Source of the DNA: Tubulanus polymorphus
Lineage: Eukaryota > Animalia > Nemertea
DNA: 64,000 nucleotides
Direction of reading: 5' to 3'
NCBI RefSeq assembly: GCF_964204645.1
Contig: NC_134028.1
Location: 9,548,001 to 9,612,000, forward strand
Shown here: positions 1 through 13,179 of the stretch, one piece after another
Position numbering within the stretch: position 1 is the first letter of the stretch
How the letters are laid out: each line of letters opens with the position of its first letter
Translations under genes and position numbers: made by a program
Notes under the pieces: model-generated
What the model was told of the DNA's origin: nothing
What the model saw: only the letters and a program-made list of their open reading frames with translations
The model's database searches: none

Positions 1-227
1 TGGTTATATCGAATTTTCGTTTAAACTTCGTATATATCTGTTAAAAACCTTGGTACGAAAGATCTATACAATCAATTTACCAAATGAAACAGTTTCTTTA
101 TTCTTGAACCTTTTATTCTTATAAAAATATGATGGTGTCCCTGTCAGGTCTCTGCAAAAGTGAATCATGGTTCTAAAACTGGGAAAAATCCTAGCACAAA
201 CATGTCTGGTGCATACTTTATAGATGA

Positions 228-578
228 ATAATAATAATTATGATTAATGATAATAATAACAACAATTTAATCCAATTAATATAGCGCCCTTTCCATTGTG
301 AAACGACGTTCAACGGCGTGTTGATGTAACTTCACACACGCAGCTTTGAGCAGGCAAGTTTTAAAGTTTGCATCTGAATGACAGAACTGATGTCTCTGAA
401 CGGGGTGATAATTGCAGAGAGTTCAATAGGTGCTATAACTAAAAATGAACGGCCACCGAACAGCTTGAGTCGATAACTATGACGGGATAGAGGTCCTGTG
501 AACTGGATCGGAGAGCACGACGAGGGACGTAGGGTGTAATGAGGTCACAAAGGCACTGCGGTGCAAGTCCCTGCAGAG
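228..578 (-). mobile_element. 3' fragment of an L2-type LINE (degenerate ORF2 C-terminus plus (TTA)n-like tail)
   Basis: The minus strand reads LQGLAPQCLCDLITPYVPRRALRSS...FGGRSF...SFRCKLKT, typical of L2 ORF2 C-termini, and is broken by frameshifts. An (AAT)n tract lies at 228-260. Confidence 0.7.
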
Positions 579-3500
579 GAATATGAAAAAAGCGCCAGTC
601 ATTGATAACAACACCAGTAACGGGACCTTGTAATTGTCAGCGTTATAAAGGAATTCGGTCGCTTAACGAAAGTAAACTTCATAAGGCCGTTATAAATCCT
701 ATTTCGATTCATATTCAACATAACCGCACCCGGAAATCCATTCTTATTGCTTTCAAAACCCAAATAAAATGAATTTTAAAATGAATTCCTTGCAATTTCA
801 GTAGGCAAGCATTCCATATGATAGTCTCTGTATTCAGTGGGGATTTCGTTGGCGTATATGAGTGTTGTTTTGGTTGGTTGGGCTAGAGCGCCTTGAACCT
901 CCTTGGCGTAAAAGCTGATGATCAGAAGCGTTATATATTACATCAGCTCTTCACACGCGATGTGAACCGTCTATACATGCATGCCTACTTGAACAGAAAA
1001 GAGCGAAATGAAATGATTTTTCCTTTAAAGGCAAATATCAATCATTTTTCACTCAAGTACGAAAAAAAATGTTGTTCAAACGGCATTATTTACTATTCAC
1101 ACATAGGGACATGAATTCTTTATCATGGATGTTATTATCAAGGTTAACTTTGACTGCTTATGTATAACTTTCTTAACGCGCGCGCAGATTTTCTATATTT
1201 TTAGCGAGCTGGGGTCTAGTGCTACAATTACGAGGCACAGCTAGTTATCTATTAAAATCGACGAGTTTCTTACGGGTTAACTACCAGTTATATCTTAACC
1301 GGCAAGCGTAACTGGGCCCTGTGGGTATCATCATATTGACCAAGAGACGTTTAGCAACGACGAGTTGTGATATGAAATATCTAATAGACGGTTGAAAAAC
1401 TTACTTGTAAGTAAAACGTTACGTAAATCTATCCGATTAGGTTAAACAGATGTTTGCGAGAGAGAGACGTAAGTCGAGAATCCGTCACTTCACCGACCAG
1501 ATGACTGGAATGCACGTGTCTCAATCTACACCACACACAGGCGCACACTCCCTCCGTCTCGTTCCCTTATTGCCCTTTATATCAATTCGATTTAATCATC
1601 CCCACAGAAAATAGATTAATTATTTTCTCCGCAGAATCCGTGAGCGACCCAACCCATAATAGGATGAGAGACAGTAATCTACAGTGTAGTTTTAATCAAA
1701 CGTGCCAATATTTCCGTTTGATCAATCTTGTTTTAAGACGACCAATCAGCCAGCGTCTTGTGTGGTCGAAAAACTCGCGTAGATCATCGCAATTTGCGTC
1801 TTGTAGCCCACCGTAACTGATCAATCGGTTAGTCTCTTCGATAACGAGTGAACTTATGCAATATTTCGATGTAAACCAGTGAATAAATTATGTTGATAGA
1901 TTTTAATAACGCATTCGTAATCAATTGTGAATTGTTATGCCGTATTAATGGAAAGACAGTACAAAACACATGACCAAATAAGCCCTTGCATGAGAACGTC
2001 GAAGACCCCGTTGTCGATTGATGGCAATCGAGGATTCCGCTAGTGGCAAGCGTGGGCCCACCAGGTGGCAGCAATTGTGTGCATTCCGGCAACATTGTCA
2101 TATTTCTTCGCAAATTCAATTGAAATCTATCCATTATTTCTCAAATTCTATACATGGATGATGAATGAGAATTTGGCTGTAACCCTAACGATCAATCTGA
2201 GTTTGTAATTTATTTAGCAAAATTTCCTTGTGGGATGCTTAAGAGAGTCTAGTTCTCTGAGATCTAGACGAGAATTAACTGAAAATAAACTACATTATGA
2301 TTGAGTTGTCCGATAGCTTGTCGCGCACGTAAACTGGGATAGCTGGGAGTACTGGTCGCATAGGAAATGTTTACGTAATTTTGAGCGAAAGAAATCTCGG
2401 TTAACACATGTCATGAAACGCGTGTGAGTTGAAATTAGAATGATGTCTCATAATGTTAGTTTTTCTTACACAATACCTCGGTGTAGCCTGAAGAAATAGC
2501 ATAATCACCCTTTGATCTACAAATTTGTTTTCAAGATCCAAGAGGGTTAATTTGCAATAAATCATGAGATGAACCGAACTGAAGAGAAAATTACTGACCA
2601 CAGACCAGATGAACCTCGCGCCATGCAATGGGAGGATCGTTTCCATCATGCCGATTCGGAATCAATCATCTGCAATTTGAAGTCACGACGGGCGCATGCG
2701 CAGAAACATTATAATCAAGGTGACGTGACTGGACGTCTTGAATGGAAATCTCGACGCTCTGTTTTGGAATGATGTCCGTTTCGGGTGACAAGTTCCATTA
2801 CGGGAGAGTCTCGGGAGGAAATGCATTGGCAATAGCATTAAACCAGCTTCATTCAACAACCAAACATAACGAGGAAATTTTTTCTTGACAACTTATTGTG
2901 AAATATCACATGGCGTTACGTAGGCGACTATGAATATTTGAATATAAGGAATACAATATCAAGAATCAATAAAATCAATTGAATTTGAATATATCGACAT
3001 TGAATTGATTGACCGGCGACCAGTCTAGCCAAAACATCGATGACGCAGTGCACATCCACTCGAAAATTCTTAGGAAAAGAAGACAATTCATTGATTAGAA
3101 AATAAGAATCATGAAATAATGCCTAGTAGTTATATTTGTATTCTATCGGTTTTTACGGCTTCAAAAATATGTGCGCATGGAAAAACAGGAAAGAACATTC
3201 GACTTTCGTTAGTCGAAACCTCGCATTGCATCTAAAAATCCAAAAGCCATCATCCACTGGATTGAATAACTATTAATCGAATATTTGCAATCTTTTGCAC
3301 CAGTATTTTTAGATGCAGTCTAATTTCAAACAATATTCAATATCACTATTCTCCTAGAAAATAGACACGTATTTGAAAACATGAAATTACCGAATAAAAA
3401 AACGTTACAAACAATATTCGATATATATTTTCCCCCCAGGAAATATATATCTAATTTTCCCAAATGAAAATGTATGCGTAAAAAAGATGTTTGCCTTTTT

Positions 3501-3998
3501 GTCATCGGAATCACTCTATATTTGTATCAAGAGCCCTTAATCATTGACCGGGAACTTGACGTGCCTGCCTATCCTCGACCTTCCGGAACAGTGACCTACG
3601 TTTGGCGTGGTTCGATCAGCTGCCCATAAATTAGTTTCTGACGCAACAGAAAAATCGACCAGTTGACATTCGTAGGCCACTGTGGCCGAGTGCACTGTCT
3701 TAGGTACCGGTTTAAGACATAGGTCCATCAATGGGCATGGCTTCGGCTCCCACTACCATATCGTATCTATTTGACGTGTGAACTTAGAATTTTGTACACT
3801 TCGTTCGAGTTTTTCATTTTCAAATAGTGAAAGCAGATGTTAGTGTCTAACATCACATATTATAACAAATGGGATTAAGCGATTTTTTTGGTAAAAATAC
3901 TTGTAATTCTTGTTGTATTTAGAAAACAACGCAATTTTTATACTAAATGGATCAGCTTTGGAGCGTAGAGAAAGTGATGTTCCATGATGCTATCATTA

Positions 3999-5524
3999 TT
4001 ACTTTCGGTGAGTCATTGATGCTGCCTTCTTGCTTCTTGTGACAGCCCAACCGCCACTTCCGCCTGTACCACGTGCGTCAAAATCGTCACCGGATGTCTC
4101 TGTATCTTGAGAGGAGTCGCCTGACGTCTCGGTATCGATTGGCGGATATTCGCGGACCCTCGATCGTTTAACTGACACCACTTTCATTTCTCCGACTAGA
4201 TTAAAACGATAACAATATATATTCATAGTAGATATTTTGGTACAAGGAAACGCAAACCAAATCTTGAAAAAAATTATCTCTTTTTGAACTGTTTTGAATA
4301 CGGCTGATCGATAAGGGCCATACAAATATTTCTCAACAAAAAATATAATTTCGTCGTTAAAAATTGAATTTCCATCAAAGTGAAACGTACGTAAATGAAA
4401 ATTAAACGCGTTCAGGACCCTTAGGTAGAGTTTTTGGTTTTGGATCCCAAAACGTCGCAATGGGCCTCTGTGACCTACAGATATAGAGGTGCTGTCATCG
4501 GCAACGTTCATGTAAAAAGTTAGATTAGGGACCAAAATGTTGTACAGACAAAAGTTAGGGATCTTGATTTTGATTCCTTCTCCCTCAGACCTCCATCATC
4601 GTCCTAACCGTGTAGAAATATATACATTTTTGAGTACGACATAGTTTAATAATCAGGCCCTATAAAAGTGAAACCTCCAATATTCTACATACATGGACTA
4701 CCGCAGATCACTAGAAGAGGGACGAAATAACGGATTTTTAAGTTTCTGTAGCTGTAGGATCTAAAAACGAAGAAATCGAGCAGTTCGTATGTCGGTCAAC
4801 GCGCTACAACATTGTTAGGTCAAACACTACTATGCCCTAGTTGTAGCACAGTCAATAAGCATGCGCAAATGGGAAACCCCGAAATGGTTTTTCAGCGATA
4901 TTTCAGACATAGGAAAATATTTCGATAGAGATGGAATTGTTTTACTCACGCGATTCATCTTTCACGTCGGAATTATTTTCACTTGGCGCAAATATATTTT
5001 AATGTAAATTCGAATCTATTTTTTTAAAGACGAAATTACATTTGTCAAGAAATATTTTATGGCCCTTATCAGCCACCATAGATTGAACTTATATAAACAC
5101 AGTGGATACACAGAAGGAAAATCAATAATGGAAAAGAAGAAAGCCATTATCAACAGTTTTGGAAAGACTCATAATATTGAGTCAGAACAGTAAATTTCTC
5201 TCTTGTACTTCTTGTTCTATTAAGATATAAACATTCACTATATACCAACGATGGATTCATTGTTATCCTTTAAAAATGGAAAGCTTTATTTCATTCCAAA
5301 TTATCCAATAACCTTAAAAAGAATAACGTTCGTTCCAAATAGCCCTTGAACCCAACGAACAACAAAACCTTCAAGTTAACAAGATTTTGATGAAAACGGA
5401 TTTCTCGGCAAGATATTGTGAAACGATAATCAGTACGCAGAAATACTTTTTGATACGCTATAGAAAAAAAGCACTTACCAGCAAGAATAAGAAGAATCAA
5501 AACCGCGACAGTTGTAAGCTTCAT
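3999..5524 (-). CDS. Putative small secreted protein/peptide precursor, spliced (exons 5479-5524 and 3999-4195); possibly a pseudogene
   Basis: A 46-nt ATG exon encodes MKLTTVAVLILLILA and is followed by a perfect phase-1 GTAAGT donor (5473-5478). A phase-compatible acceptor tttaatctAG at 4196-4197 opens VGEMKVVSVKRSRVREYPPIDTETSGDSSQDTETSGDDFDARG...HRK*. No homologue recognised. Confidence 0.4.
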
Positions 5525-6034
5525 AGCGGAAAGGTCAGTATTTGATTCCGTAAATATATGGCTAGCGGTAAGGTTAGTATCTGATTCCGTAAATAAATGA
5601 GTATAGCCGTATCAGACCTCCGCAGGCTTACATAAACAGAATTTAAAAAAACGGCTGAAACGTTAATACTCTATAATTTCATGTCAATTGTCATTGATTG
5701 CGTAACTAATAATTTCCACCCACTAAAAGTACTCGGCAAATTACATTTGATTAGAAGTAATTGCCGAAATGAAGGACGATGTCAATTCAATATTTATCAC
5801 GTCTGTATACAGTATATGTCAGGGCTACTTGTCTTTATACAATTACAATTAGTTTATTGCTCCGCAAAATTTACATTTGCACAGAGCACAAAAAAACAGG
5901 TTCATACATTGTACACATATCCATGCAGTTTATAGAATTCATACAAACACGGTTTAAATGAAAAGAAATACATGAATACTTATCAATCAACAATAGCTTA
6001 AGGCGGGCATTGAACAGTACATATTTAATATGAG

Positions 6035-7235
6035 TTAGAGAAACTTTGATCCTTGCTGTATAAAGCGAGACAGGTTACAGAGCTGTTTGCCCTTAGAATT
6101 TGATAATTGTATCAGTTTGAAGGCACTTGGTCTTATTCTAAAATATGGTTTAATGAACCGGGTGCGAAGATTCTGAAGGAAAGGGCATTCTAGAACAAAG
6201 TGGTACTCATCCCCAATGACTCTCATATTACATAGATTACATATTCGCTCTTCCCTGGGGGTACGGTTATATCTTCCTATTTCGACTGGTAGTTTATGGT
6301 TAGAGCAGCGAAATCGGCAAAGAATCATGATTATTCAACAATTTGCTCCAAAATTTAAGCATTCTGGTTTTTACCGTTACTTCCAAGGGGAAACGTCCTA
6401 GTTCTCCATAAACAAAGAAGGTCGGTGTCGACCTCTTTAGTTTTAATAGATATTTGAAAAAGGTCAGTTGAACTTTCTCAAGCAAGTTCAGATTTAGAAA
6501 TCCCCAAATTTCGCAACCGAATGTTAAAACTGGGGTTACCATACTGTCGAAGAGTTGTAAAGCTATGTCAACACTCAAGGAGTATTCTGTTACCTTTTTC
6601 AAAACAAAAAACATAGCTTTATTAGCATGTGAAGCTATAGACTTAATACATGTCGATAGGTTTCCATTATAATAGAAAATGATACCTAAGTATCTGAAAC
6701 TGGAGACTAGTTCTATTTTACTCCCATTTATGAAAAATTCTGGAGGATTTCGACATTTCCTCTTTTGAAAGATTATTGCCTTAGTTTTATCCAAGTTGAT
6801 GTCGAGTTTCCACATCTGACAATACTCAAAGACTTTATCGATTGTATATTGTAGGCTTTGGGCAGATTCTGCTAGTATAACGGCATCATCTGCATATAAC
6901 AATAATAGGAGTCGGAAATAAACATCTAAGCTTTCTTGGTCACGAAAGAACCTAATACCATCACACTGACTTTCAATCAGAAACGGTTCCATATCATTCA
7001 GATATATTGAAAACAGAATAGGGGAGAGGTTCTCACCTTGCCTCAATCCTTTAAAACTCTCAACGTACTCCGAATTGACGCCGTTTACTTGAATACATGA
7101 CTTTGCATCTTGATAAATATTGTAAATTACTCGTAATATTTTTCCAGTTATACCAGTATTTATCATTTTATGCCAGAGTGCTTTACGCCATATTGAATCG
7201 AATGCCTTTCGATAATCGATGAAGATACAAAATAA
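6035..7235 (-). pseudogene. LINE A ORF2 C-terminal half (RT and CCHC zinc finger), with an internal deletion/frameshift near 6330
   Basis: ORFs 6300..7352 (LFCIFIDYRKAFD...LLYADD...FWSKLL) and 6035..6328 (LCRFRCSNHKLPVEIGRY...). About 100 aa present between these motifs in ORF 19665..20306 are missing here. Confidence 0.88.
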
Positions 7236-7712
7236 CTTCTTTTTGCAACAGAAAATAAGTCGGAACAAATTGTGTTTATCAAAATATCTATAGTTGCTCC
7301 CCCAATACCGATCAAATGAGGTGCCGCAAAGTCTAAACCAGCTAGACCCCAATCGGAATTAACAATAGAGGAAGCAGAACTATTCTCTCTCACAAAATCA
7401 CCCAGGCGCCTTATATAACTATGGCCTACGACTACAATGTTCTTAGACATCCTATCTAAAAATACCGGTATACAAAGTTATCGGATGAGTACGTAAAAAA
7501 AAGGATAATTAACGATTAAAAAAGGAGAAATGAAAATGTTAAACTTTACGCCTGAGTTCCGGAACTGAAAAGGACGTGTTTACTTCGCGTTGATTGGCTG
7601 GTTGGCTAATAGCACGAGGGCGGCGCCACCGGCTGGTGCTATGTTGCCCGCCGGGAGAAGAACTTCATTTTCTGTCGCAAAAATGCTGATGGGCAACTGG
7701 TCATTCGCACAT
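7236..7712 (-). mobile_element. ~477-bp insertion in LINE A ORF2 encoding the N-terminus of an SGNH/GDSL-like esterase
   Basis: Removing it rejoins ...IANNKQK|LFCIFIDY. The insert contains MSKNIVVVGHSYIRRL...GIGGATI, resembling SGNH blocks I and II of transposon-borne esterases. Confidence 0.65.
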
Positions 7713-9698
7713 CTTTTGTTTATTGTTTGCTATAAATAATTCAATCAGTGAATTCAAAGTGAAGATATGGTCTAGTATAGAATGCTCCTTCCTGAAGCCT
7801 GCCTGGTTTTTCAGTAAAAGATCATTGATTTCTAGGTATTCCGTCAGACGATCATTTATCAGGCTAGTAAAAAGTTTCCCCAGACAGCTAAGGAGGGTGA
7901 TCCCTCGATAGTTGTCTGGGTCTTTGGCATCGCCTTTTCCCTTATAGATTGGCTTGATAGTACCAATAGTCCAACTGTCGGGGATAACACCGGTATCTAA
8001 GACAGTGGTAAAAAGTAAAACAAGTGTTGGTAATATGAACTCTTGTGAGGCTTTTAAAATTTCGTTAGTTATGCGATCTATTCCTGCAGCTTTGTTAGTC
8101 TTAAGTCTTTTCATACATTTAACAACTTCATTTATAGTGAAAAACCTATTTAATACCTCATCGCCGTCAAACGAAAAGTCAAGGGCATTAAAAAAACCGG
8201 GGTAATTCCCCTCATCTGTAGGGGGTTTATTTAAGTCAACATAAAATTTAAAGAGGTCTTCAAGTGTGGTTTCACATTGTGGATTGTTATCCTTTTTGAA
8301 GAATTTCCAATAGTCCCTTGGGTTTAGGCGTTTCATTTGCCGCAAGGTGTTATTCATATTTTTCACTTTTATATTTCTCTGAGTTCGGATAGCTTTTTTA
8401 TATCGCCTAAAAGCTTTGTTCATTTCTGTTCTATTTAGGTTTGTTTTATACCTCCTATATCTCCGTTTCATCTGACGATAGTTTCTCCTCGGCTCTTTTA
8501 ATCTTGGGCTAAACCCCTTATTATTACTGACCGTTTTCTTACTTTTTACATTTTGTAACCCCATTATTGAAACTGCAGTACTGATCATTATGTCAGTTAA
8601 AATATTGCTCGCATCACCAGCATTGATATTATTATCTAATAGTTCTCTATTGAGTTCAATTAATTGGTCCTCATTACGTCGTTTGAGCTCAATTTTATAG
8701 GTTTCAACTCTTTGTTTATTCCACTTAATCCTAGCATTTTGATCTCCAACTGTCGGGTGGTCCCGTTGTTCTGGTTTCGGTAAATTTCCCCTTCTAATTT
8801 GGCAAGATATCGGTGAGTGAACGTCAGAAAAAAGCTTTGCGAATTCGAGTACTTGGAAATCTGTAATGTTTTTGAAAATGCTCGATGAACTGATAAAATA
8901 GTCCACAAGGTGTTTTGTGTTTCCCTTGAAGCACGTGCACTTCCCGATATTTCTGTCAACTCCAACTCGGCCATTCACAATAAAAATATTACACGATTTA
9001 CAAAGTTCAATCAACCTGTACCCATAGTTATTTATCCCGCTATCTTCATTACATCTATTACGGATTCCAAGCCTATCAAGTTCAGCCAAAGCTACCACTG
9101 CGTCATTAAAAATGAAGTCCAGGCCCAATTCATTTGCTATGAATTCATCATGGGTTATAAATTCTGGGAAGGTTTTTGTATATGAATTAAAATCTCCACT
9201 AATGAAGAGATAATTTTCATCTTTTAAAACTTGCGCTATCTCGCTGTTTAAATCGGCTAACAAATGACTTCCACCGTAAACACTAGTTTCGGGTGGCAAG
9301 TATATACCTGCGAATAGAACATGCTTATCGGTGTTCCACAAAACTTTATCAAACTCAACCCACTGCGCAAGATTGCTCAGGTGGAACGATCGAATAACAT
9401 ATTGAGATATGTCATATCTGATGGCAATAGCTATACCCCCTGATTTTCTAACTGACAAACTTCGTCTATTGTTGCACAAAATTCTATAACCCAGATCATT
9501 AAAATAGTTTTCAATCCATAAATCATCGACATCGTCGACCTTGGTTTCAACCAAAGTTATTACCTCGAATTGTTTTAATAGATCACCAAATTCCGGTACA
9601 ATAGTTCTCGATCGCAAACCGCAGACATTAAGATTCAGAATAGAGAACGAAGTGTCATTATCGCCTATGTTTGTATTGTTTTTTGGCTCAGCGGGTTC
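7713..9698 (-). pseudogene. LINE A ORF2 N-terminal half (APE endonuclease and first RT motifs)
   Basis: ORF 7701..9617. The frame stays open upstream to the ORF1 TAG at 9699-9701 (...SILNLNVCGLRS). Confidence 0.9.
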
Positions 9699-10508
9699 CT
9701 ATGCCGGTATTTCCAGTAGCAGACGCGCGCTCTCCATCGCTTCGCTAACTGATTTCACAGGGCTTGGCTGCAGCGTCGAGGCAGCCTGCGGGGGGATTGG
9801 AGCGTTGGTAGAGAGTAGGTCAACATTTGCGGGGGTATCTGCGCGCCGATCGTACGGGATTTGTGGCCCGCCGAAAGATAATAGGTTATCGCCAGCTGTC
9901 TTTTCTTTGCCGGCAGTATCATTGCGTAGGTTTATCGGTTGCCACGGTGCTTGTTGTGTGCGCTGATTGTCGTTGCGACCAGACTTGCCTCCGTTGTTCC
10001 GTGGTTTAAACTGTCGTCGGATAGGCGGTTCTCCTTTCCTCAATAATTTAATTTCGCCCGCGATCACTTGAAACACATCGCCATTGTGGATCAGTTTATC
10101 ATACGACACCCGTACGCTGGCGTTCGGGTCGTTGTCTTTTATATTGTTCATTCTCTCAAACAGCTGTTTCCTAATTTTTCGTATTTCGACCGGGTAATCC
10201 TCTGAGATTCGTATTCCACTTTTGTTTTCAGGGTTGAATCTCGACATGTAGAGATCTCGTTATAATCGTGAAATCGCACAGTTATCGTACGTGGGTAGGA
10301 CCGGTTTTGGTTTCTGTGTACCCTTTCGAAAATCATATTATCTAATTTACTCGCGGGTATCCCGAACGCATTTTTTAGAGAGTTTTTAACGGTTTTTTCG
10401 CAATCCTCCGGTCCACTTTCCACTTCTGGCACACCATGGAACACGAGGTTAATGCGGCGTGACCTGGCTTCTTGATCGATGATGCGCCTTTCTAACGTAT
10501 CTAGTTTC
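9699..10508 (-). pseudogene. LINE A ORF1 (L1/Transposase_22-like RRM and CTD), frameshifted near 10250, 5' truncated
   Basis: ORFs 10148..10744 (C-terminal part) and 9699..10247 join into EARSRRINLVFHGVPE...RVHR...VRF...ISEDYP...YDKLIHNG. Confidence 0.85.
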
Positions 10509-11940
10509 AACGGTCGGGGTTGCCGATACGTTGAACCTCCCGTGTGGAGTCCACAGCCAGTATACCATTCCCCAAACATATCGGCCGATGTCGAACAGGG
10601 CTCAGCAGCCACAGGTCCTATAAGGCCCTCCTGCGGCCAAGACAATGACCCGCCTCGTGTCATCACACCCGAGTCTGATGTTGATTCAGATATCTCAGAT
10701 TCAGACGATTCGCTTGATTTCAACCAATGGGATGACCACGCCATGATCGCGAATGTAAATCTTACTGAGAAAGAGTCGAATGACGGTCTAGTGGAACATG
10801 AGTTCTTTTACGATAATGGTAAGCAAGTTCTGTCCGTAACAGTTGCCCAACCAGCCAATCGGAATGAAGAGCTGCAGAGATTTCAGGAACGCTGCCCCAA
10901 ATTATCACCCATAAGACGCTTCTTGGAGACGGGTGAATTGCCATCCGATGAGAAAGAAGCTCGGCGCGTAACACACAGCGCCTGGCAGTTTCACCTTAAG
11001 AATGGACTTCTCTACAGAGAGTATCAGAGGCGTGGTCGCAACCTTGACCCTGCGCTTCGCATCATTAACCAAGTCATGGTCCCCAAGGAACTACAACTCG
11101 ATCTTATCATGTCTTACCATGATTCAATTGCCGGAGGGGGCCACTTGGGCGAGGATAAGACCTACGAATCCTTACTTCAAAAATATCACTGGGATACAAT
11201 GAAGCAAGACGTGCACAACTACATCAAAACATGTCAACCATGCCAAGAGAGTAAAACTCCTCCGAAATTAAGTCCGCCAGGCCTGACCAACATGCCAATA
11301 ACCGACACTTTTATAAGATGGCACGTCGACATACTAGGTCCGTTAACACAAACAAAAGAAGGCCATAAATATATTCTCCTCTTTGTGGATAGTTATTCAC
11401 GTTGGGTGGAATGCTTCCCTCTAAAGACACAGGAGGCTTCCGAGATCGCGAGAATATTATTCTCTGAAATCATAGCGCGATATGGCGCGCCTAGATCGCT
11501 AATTAGTGACCGTGGCAAGAATTTTCTATCGAAACTCGTAACGGCCGTCTGTGAGATATTTCAAGTAACCAGACACATGACCAGTAGCTACCACCCACAA
11601 ACCAATGCCACTTGCGAACGTCAAAACCGCACTATTGCCCAAATTATCAAATCATATTGCAATACTGATCAAGATAACTGGCACGAAACACTACCTACAG
11701 TAATGATGGCGCTTCGTTCATCTCCATGCGTCCAAGCCACGGGCTTTTCACCATTCCACATATTGTTTGCAAAGGAAATGGAGTTGCCGATCGACACCTC
11801 ATTGGTCCCGAAGCCTGCCTTACCGAAATCGGTAGCCGACCATATCGACAACTTAAAGCAAAATCTACACATTGTAAAACAAATTGCCAATCGCAACATG
11901 AAGGCGTTACAAGAAAAAAACAAACGCTACTATGATCAAA
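10509..11940 (+). mobile_element. Ty3/Gypsy pol fragment: integrase (H2C2 zinc finger and DDE/rve core)
   Basis: ORF 10479..12023 contains YHDSIAGGGHLG...CQPCQ, WHVDILGP, ISDRGKNF and SSYHPQTNATCERQN. No RT, RNase H or LTR seen. Confidence 0.9.
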
Positions 11941-13179
11941 ATCATTTCTTAGCGAAGTTAGTCCAACACCTTGAGCAGTACATCATTTCATCCATTCACC
12001 ATGTTTTGCGCGGACTGTGCTAGAATTATTGCCGGCTAATTCTAGTTCAATAACTCCGTGTAAACTCATGTCATCATACAGGGTTTTCATAAGTTCATTT
12101 TCACTCCCGAAACTTGCCGCAACACAACACGGGTATTGGCAAGCCAAGGAGTATCGTACACGCTTGACTCAGATAACAGCAAAGTTGCGGGGCCTTATTC
12201 AGATGTGTAGACATATGGGGGCTAATCTAATAAATTCTGAGTGCAAAGCTCTGGTATCACACCTTCTTGTAACAGTGCCCACTGTCAAGACGGTTTCCTT
12301 AAATGTGGAATATCATACGTTGCTGTACGTATATACTTTGCCCCTTTCTGAAATTCGTCTTGAAAATTTGGATACTTAAAATTAAGTCTCCCTGGAGGCA
12401 GGCCCATAAGCCAGTCACGTTTCGTCAGGGACATTGAGGCAGCTCATGGCACATCGATCATGGCCTGGCTCAGTGAATATAATATCATCGTATTGATGAA
12501 TTTAGGTCAGGTTAGTTAACCTTGTAGGTGTAGGTATATATTAATTTTTCTAGTTTATTTTTTTTTTTTTTATTATTTTTTGGTCGCTGGACATGCTCTA
12601 GTTATAATGATTCTGCTCGACTTTTGAACTGCGTACAAAAGTCGAGAGTCGGGCAAGGGGAGGATATAACAAAGCGACAGTTTATGACATTTTTTCTCAC
12701 ATTGTATCATATTTTATCTATCATATATTCCCATTTATCAGATTTTGTAATCGATTATATAATAATGAAATTGATTTTATAGTGGATGTACCGAGTTTTA
12801 TATCCATCAAAATGTGGATATTCGTTGTCTGGGAACAATAACAGTTCAGTATTTTGATAGTTAAGTATTTCGAAACTTTTCCCGTGGGCAGCAACACAAT
12901 GTTGTTATCTGCTGCTAACGAAATCCAGGAGGTCAGTCATCTGGCCTCCATTAAGCTGCTTTAAGATGTGTGTAAACATCCTCTGCCCTCTCTGCCGAAA
13001 ATAGTCCTCGTACGCAATTTTGTTATAACTGTTTCATATCAAAGCGACAACTTAGAATTTTGACCAGGCAACGAGTATCCACCAATTATCTTTAACCAGT
13101 TTTTGTTTTTGACCAATCAGAAGAATTGGGGTTGGTGGATTGTGGAAGGTGAGATGGGGACCCAAGATCGGTCTTGGGT

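Larger units (their letters stand above)
5841..10508 (-). mobile_element. LINE element A (APE-type non-LTR retrotransposon, RTEX/CR1-group-like; clade tentative), 5' part of ORF1 lost
   Basis: ORF1 remnant (SRRINLVFHGVPE, ERVHR, IRISEDYP), endonuclease (ETK, GDFNS, VDYFI, SDVHSP), RT (NYRGITLLS, QAGFR, QGENLSP, YADD) and CCHC end (CNLC...HFVLEC). The 3' UTR has AATAAA and a short repeat tail near 5841-5858. Confidence 0.92.

Noticed and set aside
4700-4760. Strong minus-strand acceptor (ttcttcgtttttAG) as an extra exon of the secreted-peptide gene
   Set aside because: The phase-1 reading stops after DPTATET, and the other phase does not fit the upstream donors. It cannot be resolved without transcripts.
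7723-10009. Plus-strand ORFs overlapping LINE A (and similar ones over LINEs B and C)
   Set aside because: They are antisense shadow frames of the LINE coding sequence.
11985-12170. Open minus-strand frame VKRVRYSLACQYPCC...GEWMK and overlapping plus ORF 12017..12379
   Set aside because: No recognisable domain, weak splice signals, and it does not continue LINE A ORF1.
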